A DNA stretch of 64,000 nt, from contig OZ245365.1 in NCBI GenBank assembly GCA_965226495.1, positions 3,936,001 through 4,000,000 of the forward strand, written 5' to 3'. A program made the translations under genes and the position numbers. The stretch comes from Candidatus Marinacidobacterales bacterium. Lineage in GTDB: Bacteria > Acidobacteriota > Vicinamibacteria > Marinacidobacterales > DATDRI01. The notes below the pieces were generated by a model. The model did not search any database, was not told the origin of the DNA, and was given only the letters and a program-made list of their open reading frames with translations. Numbering within the stretch: the first letter of the stretch is position 1; each line of letters starts with the position of its first letter. Positions 60,460 through 64,000 of the stretch are shown here, piece after piece.

Positions 60460-61972
60460 GAGACGAAATCAGTAACGTCTGTCAAAGCGTTAGTTCGGCT
60501 TTCGAGAGCGGGAGTTAAGCTGCTGATTCCTCCGACGTGCCTTGCGGGAGAAGCTCGTTGCGAAGCTCCTCGACTTTCCTAGCGGCGAAGACATCCATCC
60601 TCACGCCGCGCCATTTGTTTGCGACGGCCAAGAGCACAGCGAACGAGAGTTTCATCGCGGCCTCCTCGGTGAAGAAGTGAGGAATGACCTTTGTGCGACG
60701 TTTGTGCTCTCCGAACGTGCGCTCAAGTAGATTCGACGTGCGAAGCCTTTTGTGATGCGCCGCAGGAAGGCGTAGCGCCTGAAGACACGCTTCGAGGGTC
60801 TCTTCCATGCACTTCATCGCGCTCGGGAATCGTTGACGGTACCGAGCGATCACCTCCCGACCCTTCTTCAGCCCTTGCTCGTAGCTGTTCGCATGGAACG
60901 ACTCAAGGATGGCCGCCTTGAGTTCGTCGCGCACTTCCTTCGGAGCCTTGCCCAGGATGTTCTCGAGGCGGTGCTTCTGGCAACGTTGCTTGAGGCTTCG
61001 AGGGAAGACCTCTGCGATCGCTTTGAGCACTCCAGGATTCCCGTCCGTCACGATGAGCAACGGCTCCCTCATTCCTCGGGCCACCATCTCCTGCAAGAAC
61101 CCCTTCCAGTTCTCGTAGGATTCTCGGTTGCCGACACCGATATGAAGAAGAACTCGCGTCCCATCAGCGCGATAGCCGGTCGCAACGAGGATGGGCTCTT
61201 TCCTCTCCGCTCCTTGGTGGTAGCGCAGGTACGTGCCGTCGAGCTCGAGATACAACAGCTTCTCGTTCGAGAGATCCCGTTTTCGAAACGCCTCGAAATC
61301 CTCCGACAGACACCGTGTGACCCGGCTCACCACCGACTTCGAGACACCCGCGCCGCTCAGCACGTCCGCGAACGTCGCCTCAATGTCACGCGTCGACATC
61401 CCGTGGACGTACATCCGCGCGATCAGTTCATCGAGTTTCTCGGTCCGGCTCACGTAGGCGTCGAGAATCTTTGACTGAAACACCTTCTCTGTTTCTCGTA
61501 CCTGCGGCACTTGCACCGTTACCGCTCCCTCGCCCGTGAGGACCCGATGCGACTCATACCCGTTGCGTCGTCCCTTCTCCTTCGTCGTTGCCGGAGCGTT
61601 CTCATAGTAGTTTCGACCCAACGCCTCCGTCACCTCGCGCTCCAACGCATATTGAAGCATCATCTGAGCTCCCGACCGGACGATCTCCGAGAGATTCATC
61701 TCCCCAAATACCAGTTGTTCCTCGAACTGCTTGAGCAATCGCTGACTCGGTAGTACCTTTCCCATGATGTATGGTTCGCGTTTGAGCTTGGGGAACCATA
61801 CATCGTTTTTCTTTGAGAAGGTTGTTCCGGCGGTGCTCGATGAGACGTGCAACCCGCCATCTTTAAACAGAGTTGGTGCTGCTGCCATAATAATTTCCTT
61901 TACCGTGCCCCCCGCGAATTTTCTCTTAGCGCCCGGAAAAACCCGGCAAAAAAGTTATGAAGTGGTGACGCC
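60460..61972 (-). mobile_element. IS256-family insertion sequence (ends approximate)
   Basis: Intact transposase; one end GGCGTCACC at 61972; other end is a patchwork of short repeats. Confidence 0.8.
60515..61765 (-). CDS. IS256 family transposase
   Basis: RRNGY, G.STRD, LDGTY, TDGNPG, QRCQKH, RTSNLLER...E.KRRTK. Confidence 0.95.
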   Translation of the reverse strand: MGKVLPSQRLLKQFEEQLVFGEMNLSEIVRSGAQMMLQYALEREVTEALGRNYYENAPATTKEKGRRNGYESHRVLTGEGAVTVQVPQVRETEKVFQSKILDAYVSRTEKLDELIARMYVHGMSTRDIEATFADVLSGAGVSKSVVSRVTRCLSEDFEAFRKRDLSNEKLLYLELDGTYLRYHQGAERKEPILVATGYRADGTRVLLHIGVGNRESYENWKGFLQEMVARGMREPLLIVTDGNPGVLKAIAEVFPRSLKQRCQKHRLENILGKAPKEVRDELKAAILESFHANSYEQGLKKGREVIARYRQRFPSAMKCMEETLEACLQALRLPAAHHKRLRTSNLLERTFGEHKRRTKVIPHFFTEEAAMKLSFAVLLAVANKWRGVRMDVFAARKVEELRNELLPQGTSEESAA

Positions 61973-63164
61973 GGTAAGAACGCTGCCGCTCGATGTCGTG
62001 TTCGATCACAGCGCGAAGAACCGTTTCGTCTCTGCTAACACCAGAAACAACGGTGCCGGTTGAATCGTTGTACGCTGCGCCGTCGAAAGCATCGATCGAG
62101 AGATCGGTGCTCATGGCGTTAACAAACTCTGACTTCAGCCAAAAGAAAATATCCTGGCGAGCATCTTCGTTACCTGTGGTAGCGAACCGATTCGACTGCA
62201 CAACTGGATACCCCAGAAGCGTTCCGCGTTCGAACATCTCCTTACCGAAAATGTTAGTGGAATCTTCCGTTGCGCCGACGATGAGTGCCAAGTCAAGAAA
62301 AACCGCCGGACTCATGGCCCACGTATAATCCGACTGGCGAGCCGAGGTAGCGTTGCTACCGAGCACGTCGTTCACAAGTGCCTTTAAATCGGTGATCCGA
62401 TTCGCTTGGCTCGTGCCGGTTTGCGCTTGCGTGTTATCAGCGTGGACAAGATTAGCCAAGCCGCGAGGTTTGTTGGGCTCGCCGTTGCTGAAAAAAGCGG
62501 TTTCGTCGAGCTTCTTCGACATAACGCGGCTCAAGTCGTCCCTAACCCAGGCGTCAGCCGAGGGGTTAGAAAAACGCAAGAGGGAGTTTGATGTCGGAGT
62601 GATCGCAACCAACTTTTTAAAGCTGAAGTCGAGCGAACCCGACACGCCTTGAGAAGCGTTAGTGACAGTGCTTTCCGAGGTGTACGCCGCCGTTGCACCC
62701 GAGGTGCTCCGCGGAATCGACAGTTGCCCGCTGGGCATGTCCAACCGGCGCGAGTTCTGCAAGAACACGTTTTCCTCGGTGAGATAATGAATAAAATCCG
62801 TGGAGACCGGAGTCGGCACGAGGGATCCGCCCGCGCTGGGACTGCCGGCGGTTAGAGCTTTGATAACCCTATCGTCCGAATCCCAACCTGCACGTTTCGC
62901 CTCGAAGACGCCACGGTTAATGTCGCCCTTGCCGAGCCCGATCACCCGGGCATACCGAGCAAACTCGCATCCCCTTTCATACTTGCGATCGGCTTTATAC
63001 TCCGAATCCTTGCGAGCGCCTTCGAGGATTGGTCCGGTATAGTCCTCACCGTATTTTTCTTTGTACGGTGCGAGAAAATCATCGACCGGATTGCCGGCTT
63101 CAATTGCCGCTTTGAGAATGGTTGTCAGATCGTCCTCGGAAATAAAATCTTTTCGTTTTCCCAT
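61926..63164 (-). CDS. HK97-fold major capsid protein, 3' end cut by IS256
   Basis: AGGSLVP, IPR, KKL, PRGL, GTLLGYPV, RDETVLRA..EHD; last codons derive from the IS. Confidence 0.9.
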   Translation of the reverse strand: MGKRKDFISEDDLTTILKAAIEAGNPVDDFLAPYKEKYGEDYTGPILEGARKDSEYKADRKYERGCEFARYARVIGLGKGDINRGVFEAKRAGWDSDDRVIKALTAGSPSAGGSLVPTPVSTDFIHYLTEENVFLQNSRRLDMPSGQLSIPRSTSGATAAYTSESTVTNASQGVSGSLDFSFKKLVAITPTSNSLLRFSNPSADAWVRDDLSRVMSKKLDETAFFSNGEPNKPRGLANLVHADNTQAQTGTSQANRITDLKALVNDVLGSNATSARQSDYTWAMSPAVFLDLALIVGATEDSTNIFGKEMFERGTLLGYPVVQSNRFATTGNEDARQDIFFWLKSEFVNAMSTDLSIDAFDGAAYNDSTGTVVSGVSRDETVLRAVIEHDIERQRSYRRHHFITFLPGFSGR

Positions 63165-63310
63165 TGTGGGGTATTCCTTTCAAATTAAAATTGCTGATAA
63201 AGTGTTTTTTGTTTTAGTGCTCGCGTCGCTTCGAGTATTAAACCGGGTAATTGCTTTCGCGTTCCGCCGGGGTTTCCGTCGAGGGGGTGAGGACTGGGGA
63301 GCGTTTCGAG

Positions 63311-64000
63311 CTACCCGAAAATCTCCGGCATTATCGCCGTTGTTACTTCGTCCGCTCTCAAATAAACAGAATCGCGGATTGCTTGGATCTGAAGTCGAAA
63401 CTTTTTATCTTTCGTCATGCGGCGTCCGAGTTCCTTGTTGTCTAGGATTCCGGTTTCGTAGAAGATTCCCACGAGGGCCGCCTCCCAATATTGCTTTCGG
63501 ACAAATCTTTTTACTTCGTGCGCTTTCAGGACAAATCTTTTTACTTCGGCTTTCTTTCGGGGAGCGCGGGTCCTCCGGATCGAAAGCCGCCGCGAGGGCT
63601 GCCGGGACTGCCGGCACTCCAACAAGGGAAATCTCGTGTATTGAAACCTTCTCGAAATCGATCCCCCCTTCGTCGTTTGGTGTCGCCTCTCCAACGGATG
63701 TGAAGCCGATCGAAAGGGCTCGCACCGCACTTTTCGGGGAGCGCGGGTCCTCCGGATCGAAAGCCGCCGCGAGGGCTGCCGGGACTGCCGGCACTCCAAC
63801 AAGGGAAATCTCGTGTATTGAAACCTTCTCGAAATCGATCCCCCCTTCGTCGTTTGGTGTCGCCTCTCCAACGGATGTGAAGCCGATCGAAAGGGCTCGC
63901 ACCGCACCCGCTTGCAAAAGTTTTAGAGCCTCGTCCGCTTGCGACACGCCCTCGGTCAAAGTGAACCGGACGAGTAGCTCCCCGGTTTCTACGCGGAGAG
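63311..64000 (-). CDS. HK97 prohead protease (partial at window edge; internal duplication; possible frameshift into 63311 frame)
   Basis: ALSIGF and HEISLVGVPA motifs; frame open to window end. Confidence 0.8.
63555..63907. repeat. Exact 177-bp-period tandem duplication
   Basis: 63555-63730 equals 63732-63907. Confidence 0.95.

Larger units (their letters stand above)
56860..64000. mobile_element. Integrated prophage-like element (continues past window end)
   Basis: AT-rich border, integrase, cargo, tail-tube-like remnant, capsid, prohead protease; visibly more AT-rich than the flank. Confidence 0.8.

Noticed and set aside
63555-63907. DGR template/variable repeat pair
   Set aside because: Copies are identical and tandem, with no adenine-specific mismatches and no reverse transcriptase in the window
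1-64000. tRNA, rRNA or tmRNA genes
   Set aside because: No cloverleaf or rRNA signatures seen in intergenic regions, including next to the integrase

Overview
GC-rich bacterial chromosome segment. The taxon is inferred to be Acidobacteriota (Vicinamibacteria-like) from an ADOP-permease remnant, a CadC-TolB-TPR protein, FG-GAP/sulfatase genes and GGGGTGGGGCCCC repeats. About 55 kb is a mosaic of secreted/envelope proteins, hydrolases, peptidases, transketolase, a tandem Crp/Fnr-terC-fluC-DUF190 unit and bfd-bfr, with many broken genes. The last ~7 kb is the end of an integrated phage-like element: tyrosine integrase, TPR cargo, a truncated tail-tube-like frame, IS256, HK97 capsid and prohead protease. 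Best leads: (1) an Rrf2 (Fe-S sensor-type) gene with an IscR-like operator, coupled by an ATGA overlap to a group 1/2-type sigma70 with altered promoter-melting residues; this cassette sits between the ATPase and permease genes of an ABC exporter linked to a type III PKS-ICMT-ACP-FAAL cluster; (2) an AhpD/CMD selenoprotein candidate (CQY-TGA, in-frame readthrough, downstream hairpin) that the ORF track splits in two; (3) a minimal capsid/tail-tube/integrase element with an exact 177-bp in-frame duplication in its protease. Two IS junctions look garbled and may be assembly artefacts. No rRNA, tRNA or CRISPR array was seen. All family calls come from motif recognition, not database searches.
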